Below are positions 36,842 to 49,789 of a stretch of 64,000 nt of DNA, in pieces. Position numbers and translations under genes: made by a program. How positions within the stretch are numbered: the first letter of the stretch is position 1; every line of letters starts with the position of its first letter. Origin of the DNA: Octopus vulgaris (lineage: Eukaryota); contig OX597814.1 in the NCBI GenBank assembly GCA_951406725.2, forward strand, positions 43,028,001 to 43,092,000. Direction: 5' to 3'. The notes under the pieces are model-generated. The model did no database searches. It had not been told where the DNA came from and saw only the letters and a list, made by a program, of their open reading frames with translations.

Positions 36842-36918
36842 TCCCTTGACGAAGGAGGTATTATCTGGATGCACCCTAGTGCTTTAAACATAATACACCC
36901 CTGAAATGGCCATAGGGA
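36842..36918 (+). ncRNA. Hammerhead-ribozyme-like motif (UUGACGA core variant), Penelope-type
   Basis: TCCC TTGACGA AGG.GGTATTAT...ATAATAC.CCCCT GAAA TGGCCA TA GGGA: 4-bp stem I and palindromic stem III ATGGCCAT. Confidence 0.65.
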
Positions 36919-37047
36919 TAAGTAAATATGGTTCCCTTTTTAACTATAAGGCTTCTTTTACTTGAATAATTATTTAATAAGATTTCTAAACGATGAACTT
37001 TTATTTTATTTACATGATATATATTATATATTTTTTTATATGCTCCT

Positions 37048-37116
<69 letters not shown>

Positions 37117-37416
37117 TTTTATATACCTATATATTTTTATATATTACTTTATATTATAGTTTTACATTCTAGGTGTTGTAATGATTTTTTTTTTAAAATG
37201 TATTTTTCTGAATCGCTAAAGTATTAACTCTAAACTATGATGAACATTTTTTTTTGTCGCACCTTATTATTATTATATGCTTTTATGCTTGTACAGATGA
37301 ATTATGTTCCATCTTGCGGGATGTTTATATGTATATTCTATGATTAAATGTTCGAATTATGAAATGATATGCGGATGACCTTGCATTTGTTTGTTCAATA
37401 AATTTAGTTTGATATA

Positions 37417-37464
<48 letters not shown>

Positions 37465-37489
37465 TCTTATTCTTCAACCTATAGGGGGG

Positions 37490-37669
37490 CCAACAACACC
37501 ATCCTCACCAAGCAGACATGGTGGGGTTGCCAGTTTTGCCGCGACAACCCGAACATGCGACAACTTTCACTAGTAAGATGTAATCCAGTACTACTTACGT
37601 CGTAGTTGGGTCGTCGGTGACTGAGCTGGCAACCCCAGCAGGCTTGTTTGGTGAGGACGGTGTTGATGG
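37490..37669. repeat. GC-rich imperfect hairpin (MITE-like)
   Basis: CAACACCATCCTCACCAAGCAG..TGGGGTTGCCAGTT pairs with AGCTGGCAACCCCA..TTGTTTGGTGAGGACGGTGTTG. Confidence 0.7.
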
Positions 37670-37788
37670 ACATCATACGGGATGAAAAATAAAACCTGTC
37701 AAAGGGTGAAGAAACTCCTGAACAGTCAATTGCAATCCAACAAAATATCTGTAAATACGTATATATCTTTTTTATTCTCATATGTATG

Positions 37789-37888
<100 letters not shown>

Positions 37889-38239
37889 CGTGTGTGTATG
37901 TGTGTGTGTATTTTTTTGAATATATCTATATTTACATCTTTTCAGTTGCATATTTTTCATCTTTTTTTGTATTTATATGTGTTATTTATATTTAATTCTT
38001 ATTTAATTCTTATCCACACATCTTACCTTTTTCTTTCTTTTCTTTTTAAGATGTATATATAAGTATATTTTTACTTTTCTGTAATATTTATTTATATTTA
38101 TTGCATATCATTTTCTTTTTTTATATTTATGTATATCACTTATATTTAATTCTTATTTTCATTTGCAAATCCCATGTCGTACTTTACTTTTTGTAATGTA
38201 TGGATAAGCTACTCTGTGTCGCTCACCTGTGTGTTATTT

Positions 38240-40330
38240 TATCACATTACAGAATGTGTGAGTGTCAATTTGGTGTCTGGAATGGGATAGCGTACTTCAT
38301 GGGCAGGTAGAAGCTCTTTAACATTGGTTGCTAATCTATCTACTTGAAGGAAATATCCGAAATAAAATCTGAGTCCTTAGAAGTTCCTGGTTTTGTCAAT
38401 TTTCCAGACATACCGACGACGCTTTCTTGGCCAATAGGTGTGGATAGTGCAGTGCAAGCTAACCCCACTGACAATTATTCATCTGCACAGGTACTTCCTG
38501 TACACCAAATCTTAGTATAGTCATTGAATTGATTGTTTGGTAGAAACCTAAAAATGTGCTTGTAGCTTACTCTAAAACGTCTGAAACAAATTCAGTAAAT
38601 GGCAAACAAGACATGGAAACGACAGGAGAACATTTCTGGCTCGGCAGGTATCCCAATGTATCACAACCTGGGTTCAGTCGTCATCCCGACACTGTGGTTA
38701 AACAATCTTGAAGAAAAAGTAAAAATAAACATCCTTTGAATTTTGGCTGTTGGAATGTGCGCACACATCTTGATGATAATTTGATGATTTCAACAAGAGG
38801 CAAGTACGGCGTACTGCACTTATTGCAACTGAGGTTACGAAATATCCCATTGAAATAGTTACGCTCTCTGAAACTCGTCTCTCTTGTGAGGGTCACCTAA
38901 ATGAACCTACTTATGGATATACTATCTTTTGGAGATGCCTACGTAAGGTTCAGCGTAGAGAATCTGGTGTTGGGTTTGCTCTCGAGAATACATTAGTATC
39001 CTCCATTGCAGAACTTCCAAGTGGGATATCTACATGAACCATGTCATGCCGTACTAAACTGATAAAATGTAAGTTACTTAATGTTGTCAGTATTTATGCA
39101 CCAACAATGTCCTATTTGATGAAACTGTAGGACAGATTTATGATGATTTAGCACAATGTTTATTTTGATTTAGCACAATTGGCATAGTACCAATTTCTGA
39201 CCAGCTAGTCATATTGGGAGATTTCAATGCAAGTGTTGGAAAGAATATGTTTCATGCATTGTTTTAGGTCGACATGGGATTGGAAAATGTAATAAAACGG
39301 TGTAGCTGTTTTAACGTTTTTTACTTAGAATAATCTGGTTGTCACCAACACTCTGTTTAAGCAAAAAAAAATAAATAAATATAAAACCACATGGATGCAC
39401 CAAGGATGTAAACATAGATTATATTCTGTTCAGGAAACGTGATATGAAAGATGTTTCTAGGGTTCGTGCCATGAGAGGAGCAGATAACAAGACAGATCAT
39501 CATCTAGTGCGTGGCAAAATAGATTTTTCGATAGGGCCTAAAAATCGACAGTTTGCTCCTTACGTACTCAAAATGTTACATGCTGCAAACTTTAAATTAT
39601 TAAGCAACTTGCAAAGATTCTACGATGATGTAGAAAGTATCAATCTTGACCCAAACAATCTATGGGAAGTTTTAAAAACAAAAGTATTTCAGGCTGCAAG
39701 TTTGTCAGTGGGTTTTAAATCAAGTAAGTCCAGTGACTGGCTCTCAGATAGATCAGCAGAAATTCATAACCTACTTTTAGAAAAGTAACTTAGGCAATAC
39801 ATTTCTTTCTCAGTCATAGAACCCCAACTCAATCGAAGCTTACAGAAAGCTGAAAAGGAAAGTGCAGACTTCTCTAAGGAATATGAAACAGGGATGATAG
39901 ATCAAAAGGAGCACAAGAAACAGCTGATAGAAATGATGCAAAACCATCGTACTCTTAAGGAGGTATATGGCCCCAAATCTTCTTCAGTAGCTCCAGCGAG
40001 AACAGCAAATGGACGTTTGCTTCTTACTAACTCCATTTCTATTCATAATCGCTGGGTAGAACATTTTTCTGCACTTTTGAATAGAACATCATCTGTTGAA
40101 ATAAGGACGATAGAAAACATCAAATACCTTCCAGTTATACAAGAGATGGTATTTGAAACAACTCTAAATGACATGTATATAGCTGTGAATACGCTGAAAA
40201 TCTATACGTCTCCAGGTCCTGAGGGAATCTGTGCAAAAGTCTTGAAATATGGGAGTGACAAAATGTTTGAACTCTTAAATATATTAATTTTTCACTGCGA
40301 AAGTACCTCAGGACTGGATTTATGCCATTT
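38240..40330 (+). mobile_element. Degenerate RTE-clade LINE, 5' half (APE and start of RT)
   Basis: Fragments LNFGCWNVRT, LSETRL, ESGVGFAL, SIYAPT, LGDFNASVG, KTTWMH, VRAMRGADNKTDHHLV, LKEVYGP, RWVEHFSALLN, SPGPEGI. Many stops and frameshifts. Confidence 0.88.
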
Positions 40331-40807
40331 TAGTCTCCTTAGGAACGGCACAGCAGCCGACGTGTTCACAGTGACATCTGCTTTGTGAAATTCTTCAACG
40401 TAAACCACGAAGGGTTTCTCAGCTAAATTGAGCCCTCTAAGAATTGGAGAACAACATCTGCTTTTGGGCCCGCGTAGCAGAGGCACAACAGGGAAAGTAA
40501 ACTACAATTCTCTCGTTCCTGAACTAAAATGTTACTCGAGATCAATCAGTCTTTCGTTGCATTTCACCAACATTTCGTTCGACTGTTTGGGCTGAACGGC
40601 AGAGCGGAACACGGCAGGAGAAATGCAAAAACCTCATAGCAGCCACTGAAATACGGGATGTAATGATGATCTGCGCAGGGAGCAAATGGCCTGGCTTGGG
40701 TGATCTGCCCTACGGGCCCTACTTTTATATTACAGACTTGTTTGGCGAATTCATACGAGATCTCTACAGCAAATAGAAGTAGTTTAGTCGACGCGCGTGG
40801 TATCCCT

Positions 40808-40862
<55 letters not shown>

Positions 40863-41046
40863 TATAGATATATATATATATATACATTGGTGTGTGTGAT
40901 TGTGTATTGAAGAATATATTAATAAAAGGAATTCCAGCCTTGTCTGATTTTCACGTTTTACTTATAATCTTATAATGATATATTATAAGATAATATAATA
41001 TAATAGAATAAAATAAAATAGTAGAATGTTAAATATTCATTCTGAT

Positions 41047-41091
41047 TGAACTAGTACTTTCATGCATTAAATTCTGCAATCTTCAGGTTCA
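41047..41091 (-). ncRNA. Minimal type I hammerhead ribozyme
   Basis: Minus: TGAAC CTGAAGA tTGCA-gaatttaa-TGCAt GAAA GTAC TA GTTCA. Intact core, 5-bp stem I, palindromic stem III AGTACT, CUA triplet. Confidence 0.8.
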
Positions 41092-41889
41092 TGTAGTAGT
41101 GGTGACAGTCATGCTTCACAATTTTTGACTGTATATATATACATACATATATGCAGGCATTATGTACATACATGCCTATATATATATATGTGTGTGTTTG
41201 TGTATCTATATGTATATGAATGTCAGGCCTATTCGTGTATATCTACATCACTAGCTCTCTCTTTCTCTCTCAGTCTTTCTCTCTCTCTCTCTCACTCACT
41301 CACTCTCTATGCTGCTGTATTATAATCGCGTGGGTAGAGTACAACTGTAAAATAAGCTTGTAGGATAGAAATATATTGCTCTCGTGTCCATTCGTATTAT
41401 TTTGATGTTATTTGTGAGAAGTAAAGAAAGACGCCCGGCCCTTTTTTTAGACAGGCATCATTTTCTGAGAGTTCCGGTCCCTTCGTTTCTGGTTTGACAG
41501 GGTTTTCTGTATGTAATTCTTCGTACTTTTTATGTATTACCTTTAAAATATGTACTTCCAGTTTGTTATTTTGGCACTAGATGAGTAAATTATATTTTTC
41601 TTTTAATTTTATGTTTATGATGGTGGGGACAGAGACGGGCTGTTGTTGATTTGAACTGTAATGCGACAAGAGTGTTTACATGTATTACGCGAGTGATAGA
41701 GATTGTACACACATTTACAATACATTTGACGGGGAAATTTTAATGATGATTGCTTATTTGGTTATAGTCCAACATTTTGTCAGTTTTCTTTGTTTCCTTT
41801 GTTGGTTTTATTCCCGATATTTTTGGATAGATTTCGGAGCATTATTTTAACGTTCACATATGTTAAAAGTACTTATTATTACCATGATC

Positions 41890-41959
41890 TATTATTACTA
41901 TTATTACTTATTATTACTATCATCATCATCATCATCATCATAATCATCATCGTTATTGT

Positions 41960-41995
<36 letters not shown>

Positions 41996-42135
41996 TATTA
42001 TTATTATTATTATTAATAGTAGTAGTAGTAGTAGTAGCATTAGTAGCAGTAGTAGTAGCAGTAGCATTAGCAGCAGTAGCAGTAGCAGCAGCAGTAGTAG
42101 CCGTTGTGACAGCAGCAGCAATAGTAATATTATTT

Positions 42136-42220
<85 letters not shown>
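41890..42220. repeat. Compound trinucleotide microsatellite (ATT/CAT/AAT/AGT/AGC)
   Basis: Read directly from the sequence. Confidence 0.97.
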
Positions 42221-42221
<1 letters not shown>

Positions 42222-42493
42222 TTTTGTTGTAAAATTCAGTGTCGAGTGAAGAACTAGAATAAATGGAACAAAAACAATGAAAACTGGACAGAAATGTATA
42301 CTTATAGTCCCTAATCAGTAATTCATTATCACCAATTATCAAATAACCGTTGTTGCAATTAGTCATTTAAACATAAATAAATGCAGTCCCATTTATATAA
42401 TTATATTCATGTTTTATTCACATCAACACATCTTTATACTCACGATTTTACTATTCATATCAGTATAACACACTACTGTCTTTGGTAGTATCA

Positions 42494-42840
42494 GGGTAAA
42501 AGGTAAAGACCCCCTTCGGTCATGAATGACCATGGGATTGCACCTAGAAAGTTACCCTCCTAGACACAAGTCTGGGCAAGGTTGTTTATGGAAGACCAGC
42601 AGTCGCCCATGCATACCAGCCTCCCCTCTCCACGCCACCAGTGTTATCCAAGGGAAAGACAAAGGTCGATACAGCTTGGCACCTGTGACGTCGCAACTCA
42701 TTTCTACAGCTGAGTGAACTGGAGCAACGTGAAAATAGAGTGCTTAGCTCAAGAACACAACATACGGCCCGGACCGAGATTCGAGCTCACAACCTCACGA
42801 TCGTAAGCTCGACGCTCTAACCACTGAGCCATGCGCCTTC
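42494..42840 (-). mobile_element. tRNA-derived SINE, family B
   Basis: Minus: GAAGGCGCATGGCTCAGTGGTTAGAGCG (A box)...GAGCTCGAATCTC (B box), then body, ending CTTTACCTTTTACC. Confidence 0.85.
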
Positions 42841-43416
42841 GCATTGGTAATATTACTGTCATAATTATTATTATTATCATCATACTCATGCTGGACATCA
42901 TCCTTACAGCTGTCATCACTATTAATATGTGTATGTGTCTGTGTTAATGTGTGTGTGTGTGTGTGTGTTTGTGTATTATGACTTTTCTCTATTGTAAATA
43001 GGCAAGCGTGTTTCTGTTTTCGCTTGATCTTACATCTGAAGCACAGGATCTATTTAACTATTAGGGCGGAGGACTAATTTAAGTGCATTAGCGAATACCC
43101 ACAATCCTTATATAGAGAATTATTGCTATCTGACCTATAATGATGTCTCTTGACAGTTACTAAAATTCCGAATACCAAAGACAGTGAAGACAACAATTTA
43201 AGTGTCGGCAACGACTTATCCATCGGCAACCTACGTAAAGCAGATGCAGTATGATATTTTCATATCTACATGTAAATCACTTAAGGCAAAACTTTAGCCA
43301 CTTACCCTGAAAACAAGTAGAGGAAAACCAAAATTTCGAATTCTTTTATGCCTATAATTGTGGCCATTTGCATGATGCATGCGGAGAATTTCCTTTCGGT
43401 AATCCTTTTCCCACTA

Positions 43417-44164
43417 TCTATATACGACTAAAACTCTGTGAGTGTTTGCTTGCTTGCTTGCATGCTTCTTGCTGGCTGGCTTGCGTGCTTGTCTGTAATT
43501 TAATATAACCAAACCGGCGTATAATGGGAAAGTACTCTGAAAGTGAAGTACCCCCCAAAAGTGAATACATACATAATAAAAAAAAGTTTCGTGTAAATCA
43601 GACCATGGGTTCCGGAGATATGCGGTTTGGTGGGGGGCACGATTATGATTACCTGTTTCCGTGCTTGCTTGTAATTTAATATAGCCAAACCGGAGCATAA
43701 TGGGAAAATACTTTGAAGTAAGGTATCGTTGAAATGTTAATACAAACACAATAAAACAAGTGTGGCATAAATCGGACCACGGGTTGCCGAAATACGCAGT
43801 TGTTTCGAGTACCTTTATAAATAAAAAAAAAAACAGCGCCTAATGGGAATATACTCTGAAAGTAACTTCCCATTGAAATGTGAGTACAAACGGAATAAAA
43901 CAAGTTTTTCGTAAATTAAAACAAGTGTGGCATAAATCGGACCACGGGTTGCCGAAATACGCAGTTGTTTTGGGTACCTTTATAAAACAAAAAAAAAAAA
44001 ACTGCGCCTAATGAGAATATACTCTGAAAGTAACTTCCCATTGAAATGTGAGTACAAATGGAATAAAACAAGTTTCTCGTAAATTGGACCATGTGTTCTC
44101 GAGATACGCGGTTTCCTTAGGTACCTTGAACTATTACTGACCCAACGGGTCACACGTAGTCTAG
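43417..44164 (+). mobile_element. Non-autonomous Helitron with internal ~170-180-bp tandem repeats
   Basis: Starts A|TCTATATAC..TAAAACT followed by (GCTT)n. Ends with hairpin GACCC-AAC-GGGTC and CTAG. Internal units such as AAAACAAGTGTGGCATAAATCGGACCACGGGTTGCCGAAATACGCAG repeat. Confidence 0.7.
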
Positions 44165-45068
44165 CATTATATAACGTCGTCACTAGATGATTTATGTCTC
44201 TCCCTCATTTATGCATTTCTATTTCATTCATCCGTTACATTACACTGTATTACCAGTGCAATAGAAAAAGAATATTCTTTATAACAATCAACTTATGGGA
44301 TAAAACTTTATTCGTATTATTGAGTAATATTTTACTGAAACGGACGTAGGACCAAGGACTTTATGATTACTAAAACATTTCTAACGTAATCTTATATATT
44401 CCAATGTGATTTACTTTAGTACAGATTGCAATATCATAGTTCTCAATGGCGTTTGCACTCAAATGCTACAATATACTCCTGAGCACTTTCACTCTGCCTT
44501 ACTGATTGAACAGATATATTATTCTCTTATCTCAAGAAAATCGATTCAGATTCCCTTTAGAAAATGATTGAGCTCGACAGAAGATATACAATGATTGATT
44601 TATGAGAAGTATTTTAACATTGAACTGATGCTGAATGCTGTCTACCTATATTATAGAAATATAATAAATTTACGTATATTTTTAGAGAAAAGAAAAATAT
44701 AATTGACATTATAAAACGTTTTTTGTAGCTTAACATTTATAAAACGTCCCTAGATGAATTTTGTTTTGTATTACATTTATTATTATTTTGATGGGATCGA
44801 TACAGAGTGAATTTCTAAATGAGACAATTAAAAAGTCATGGGAAATAGACAGAAGGAATATTAAAGTCTATTTTAAGTCGCATATTGTATATAAGCTAAA
44901 ATTAGAACTAAAATGGAAACATTTATTTCCGATATGCAGTCAGATCTCGCGTACTATCTATCAACTGTTCAAATAGTTCAAAACATCGGAAAAGCAAAGC
45001 GTCACATGCGCAGAGAGAGACCGTCACAGATAAACAAACAGACATACACATACACACGCATATATACG

Positions 45069-45069
<1 letters not shown>

Positions 45070-45102
<33 letters not shown>

Positions 45103-45133
45103 TGTATGTATGTATGTATGTATGTATGTATGC
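45070..45133. repeat. (TATG)n microsatellite
   Basis: Read directly from the sequence. Confidence 0.95.
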
Positions 45134-48059
45134 ATCTGTAAATATATATTAGAACAAGAAAATGAACAGGCATGCGGTACCCTTTAGAGCATGGAATTAA
45201 AAATCCAAACAGGTCTGTAGAATTGTTACGATAGAGTTGTTAAATACATGATATAACTATGGGAGTAAGACGTTATGCATAACATCTCTTGCAGCTGTTT
45301 CAAGAACAACTGTGCAAACGGTGTACATTCCAGTAAACAATGATTTGTTAAGGATATTCCTTAGTTCTTCCTCTTTGAAGATGGAATAGTTAGCTTTTGA
45401 ATAGAAATTTCACTTCTCTAAGATATCAACCATTTGCGCAACTATTCTAGAAATAGCCGATGAATAAAACATAAAATTGTGTAGACATTGCATGTGTTTT
45501 TTTGTTTGTTTTTTTGTTCTTTTCAATATTTCTTGTATAGATATACTGAAAAGAAATCAATCCATTTTGTTAAGACAGTTAACTTTGGAAGTTTGTCTTT
45601 AAATGCATGAATAATAATCAAAATATATTTCTCGTCATGCCTTCTCTTCCGTCCCTATTTCGCCTTTATTTAGTAAATACATTTTATGGCTTCATCTCTA
45701 CCACCAAACTCAAAATGTTAACACCTCGCCAAATTCCTTCCATTTAGTGTAACACAAATTTCACACAATTGTGTTACATTGAATGTAAGACAAATTTCAA
45801 TAGAAAACCTTTCTATATATTTATCCTAATCAAATTTAAGGTGCTACCGATGAACTACAAAGTAATTTTTATATTGCGTTCAAACTATCTTCAAAACGTA
45901 GCTCTCAATTAATGAAGGACCCTTTTACTTATTTTGAGTCGTGATATGAATATGATAATAAATTTAGAAAATATACTAACAATAACTGAAAGACAAGCAT
46001 ATACATCAATTAGAACATTAAAAATTTGAACAAAACACGCTTCGCAGATAGTCCGGCCTAGAAACATACAGCACACAGATACCGGGGTGAGAAATAAATG
46101 CGAGTACTATATATGATCCAGCTTAACTTTCAATCCATAGCTACAGTAGATATAGGTCCATTAACCACTACAGTTAATAATTGACCGTCAACACATTAAA
46201 TTATCTACATTCAGGAAATAGCTATGTAATGAAAACTTGAAATTGTGTCACTGCGTTTCAAAAGAAATCGCAGTAACACACACTGCGATGTAGAACAGGA
46301 GGTATCTAACCGAAACAGGTGTATGCGGGTCTTAACAAAAATACAAAATATTAAAAAAGAATACACAGTAGACTTAGAATCATTCTTAGAAAGAAACCAC
46401 TATAATTGATAATAGTAATATGGGATCATATGGAAAATGTAGAAAGATATAACTTGACTTGTTTGAAAACATGCCTATGGGACATTTTGGCAAAGCGATA
46501 TGAGTTAAGCATAAACTAAGTACAGTATACGCCAATCTCGTCTGTACTCCGCACCAGATCAAACCGTTCATCATCAAAATATCCAAAACAGAGAATTTAA
46601 GATATTCAGTTCAATAAATATTTCCATCAGTTCCATATATAAGGAAAAACTTGAAATATAAAATACAGTTTAGCTAACACAAACAGTTTGATTTTTCAAA
46701 TGAATATTAATTTCCATAATCACTGTACAATAAAATATCGGATATGCTACTGAATGTGAGAAAATCAGTCTAGATGAAACTGAAGCACTCAAATTTTAAC
46801 TTCGACTCACAAATGCGCCTGGAAACAAGTCTATCGTTATGAATCGTATCCTGAAATGCGCACCCAGCATAGTTGTAAAATATGAACTTTTAAACCTTAC
46901 ACTGTGCGCAATTTGAATTTGATAATGCAAACACAAACACATCATTGCTCATTCGTCGTTCATATTCTTCTTAATGCAATCTCAGAGAAGGAAAAGGACA
47001 AACAACATGATCCAACAGAAAAATGAAGCAACTGCACGCACACACACACATACTCGCACGTACATACACGCTTTCACACAAATTATCATAACCTATATGC
47101 GGCAACATCTCATTACTAAGTACCTTGCATACAAAATAGTAAAACCTTTGCAAGAATAATACATAAGAGTTCTAAGTATAGTAAAGTTATATAGAAATTA
47201 CATTGAGATTATTCGGAATTATAACAAAAAATATACTATACTACATCAAAATATATGTTTACTTAGAAAGCCACTACCAATTTGAAGCATCACAGATTTA
47301 AATGTGCGACCTCAGAAAATATATACAATATCCATTGTTTTATTTATTAACTTAAGTATCCTAAAACTTATCTTGAATTTTTCTAATAGACATATCTTAC
47401 ACATCTCATTTCAGATACGTAATATTATTGCAAATGTAAGACATATTGAGTTGTTCGTGAAACTTTTTCAGTAACTGTATATATTAGTTTGGAAGATTTA
47501 ATCGCATTTCAAGATAGGAAACATGTGCCTCTTAGATTCTTATTTCATATATTTAATAATGATATTTTCGCTCATGTTATTGATGACATAATACCACCAA
47601 TATGGCAAATTTTGGATCACCTGTAAGATTCTTCAGGTTATGAAGACATAAAAGTTTTCACCGCTTCAAAATTTTAAACTCTTCTCTCCTCTAAATGATG
47701 TTGCTATGAACTGAAGTAGTGAGGAAGAGCGGGTGGAAAATCAGAAGAGTAAGGTGGTGTTGCAAAATGTAATACTTTCAGGAATGTGTGAACATGTAGT
47801 GAATAGGTGTTGTAAGAGTTATCACCCCTGAACGTTCGACCGCACTTTTATTGTAATTTTTGTGATATGCTTCCAACAAACAACAATGGTATGCATTACC
47901 TGTATCGTTTTGTTACAACTCTTCATGATAGACAGCTCCTTTCATATCTACACAGAGTATAATGTTTTCTCGGTGCAGTACTTGATAAGGGATAGATTAA
48001 GCCTACTGAGGCTATCTGGTGCCGATTCGGCTCAGCTGGCTACAGTATTGTTTTCCATT

Positions 48060-48560
48060 TCCTTGTTTGAAACTAACTTCTTAAATCCTCTTCCAGCCTG
48101 ATTAGAGCTGTTCCCACTTGTTTTTCCGTTCACGCGGTACCATTCGACGACTGCACGGGTCCACCGATTCTCTTTGAAACTTGCTAAATATCCAGCCCAT
48201 TTTAGCGTTGCATGGTGGTATTCTGCGACGACGTCCTTCACTCCAGTTCTATTCCTGATCTCTTCGTTCTGAATGCGATCTCTTAGGAAGACTCCTCACA
48301 TCGACCTTTCCATGACTCTCTGCGCCGTAAGCAGATGTTCTTTCTTCACCATGGTCCAAGTCTCTCATGCGTATAGAATTGCAGTAAGATTTCGACCAAG
48401 GGTGTGCTAAAGTCGAACCTAGACAAAGCAACTTGCACCATTCATTTTAACAGCACAATCGAGTTGAATGCTCTTCATTCTGCTCTTACGCTTTACGAGA
48501 TCTCATTCTCCATCCCTCGCTTTATAGTCACTTCTTCACCGAGGTACACATGGTAGGATC
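48060..48560 (-). mobile_element. RTE LINE 3' fragment
   Basis: LKWAGYLASFKENRWTRAVVEWY, typical of the RTE C-terminus. Confidence 0.75.
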
Positions 48561-48959
48561 GTCGGCGACTAAACTTATTTGTACTGTTTATTTTTTTAAA
48601 ATTCACTTTCTTCAATACAGCTTTCTTACAAGGCATATAATCGTGAGATTCAGAAAAAAGATAGGTTATTCTTTAAGTGTAATTTTTTTTAAAGTTGCAT
48701 TTGCATGATTACAAACGTTTGTAAAATAAATCAATTTTATTTTGTATTACCGACGCGTTTTATCTGTATCTTCCACAGTAACGTGCCAAAGATTTGCTAA
48801 TCCATTACGATGTTTCTCACAAAACATGTACGCTTCTATGTCTTCGGTATGTGTATATGCCGTTTTTTGTTAATTCCCCCCTGACAGTTTCCTTCCGAAA
48901 GGCTTCTTTTAGTTCCTTGTAGTGTTTGTCTATCGAATCCACTCCCAATGCTTTGGATG

Positions 48960-49060
48960 ACCGGAGCTATTGTATAAGACATTTGCCTAAAGTGTCACGC
49001 AGTGTGATTGAACCCAGAACTATGTGTCTATCAAGGAAGTTTCTTACCACACAATATGCT
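48960..49060 (-). mobile_element. Diverged SINE family A head fragment
   Basis: GCTATTGTATAAGACATTTGCCTAAAGTGTCACGCAGTG..TGAACCCAGAAC aligns with 60425-60510. Confidence 0.65.
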
Positions 49061-49639
49061 CTCAATTTGAGTACATATTTCATTTGAAATGTCGGCGACG
49101 TAAGCCTATCAAAGTAGAAAATAAATACATCGCCGTTCTTTGAAATCTTAGTATTCAAACCGAACGAGCTATTTAGTCCAGCAGACTTGATATTGTGGTG
49201 AAAATTCCGTTGAAAAACATGTTCAGTCATAGACATGTCAATCCTAGTAGACAGCATCACCTACGAAAAGGTGAAAATACAGGACACAAAATAAACAAGC
49301 AGTGTAAGATCACAGATTTTGGAATTCTCTATAGCACCAGAGTCCATAACAAAGAATTGAAAAACATCGGTCTCTAGCCTGAGAACTGAAGAGTGTCAAT
49401 GACAAAGGCAACAGTTATTGTTGTTGTAATTGTTGCACTCGTCACAACATCCACAATACTAACCAAAGTGGTTAACATATCAGAATTCAGAGTTGCATTG
49501 TCGATCTACAGACAGAAAAATACAATCCTATAATATAGACGAATGCACAGAAACACTCTTCAGATATGAAGAAACTTGTTGTCGCCAAACATAAAGACAT
49601 CATCCGACTAATTAAATTATAATGTACTAGCTTGTTGAT

Positions 49640-49705
49640 AATTATGATGACAAGGATGATGAGGATAATAATAATTATAATGATGATGATGATGACGATG
49701 ATGAC

Positions 49706-49765
<60 letters not shown>

Positions 49766-49770
49766 AATAG
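49640..49770. repeat. (TGA)n/(TAA)n microsatellite
   Basis: Read directly from the sequence. Confidence 0.95.
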
Positions 49771-49789
49771 GCATGGAATTTGGCGTACC

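Noticed and set aside
40330-40810. GC-richer segment after the RTE relic, possibly another retroelement fragment
   Set aside because: No diagnostic motif could be read; left unassigned.
42765-42840. tRNA genes at SINE heads (also 51612-51685 and 60455-60527)
   Set aside because: No proper acceptor stem; each continues into a SINE body.
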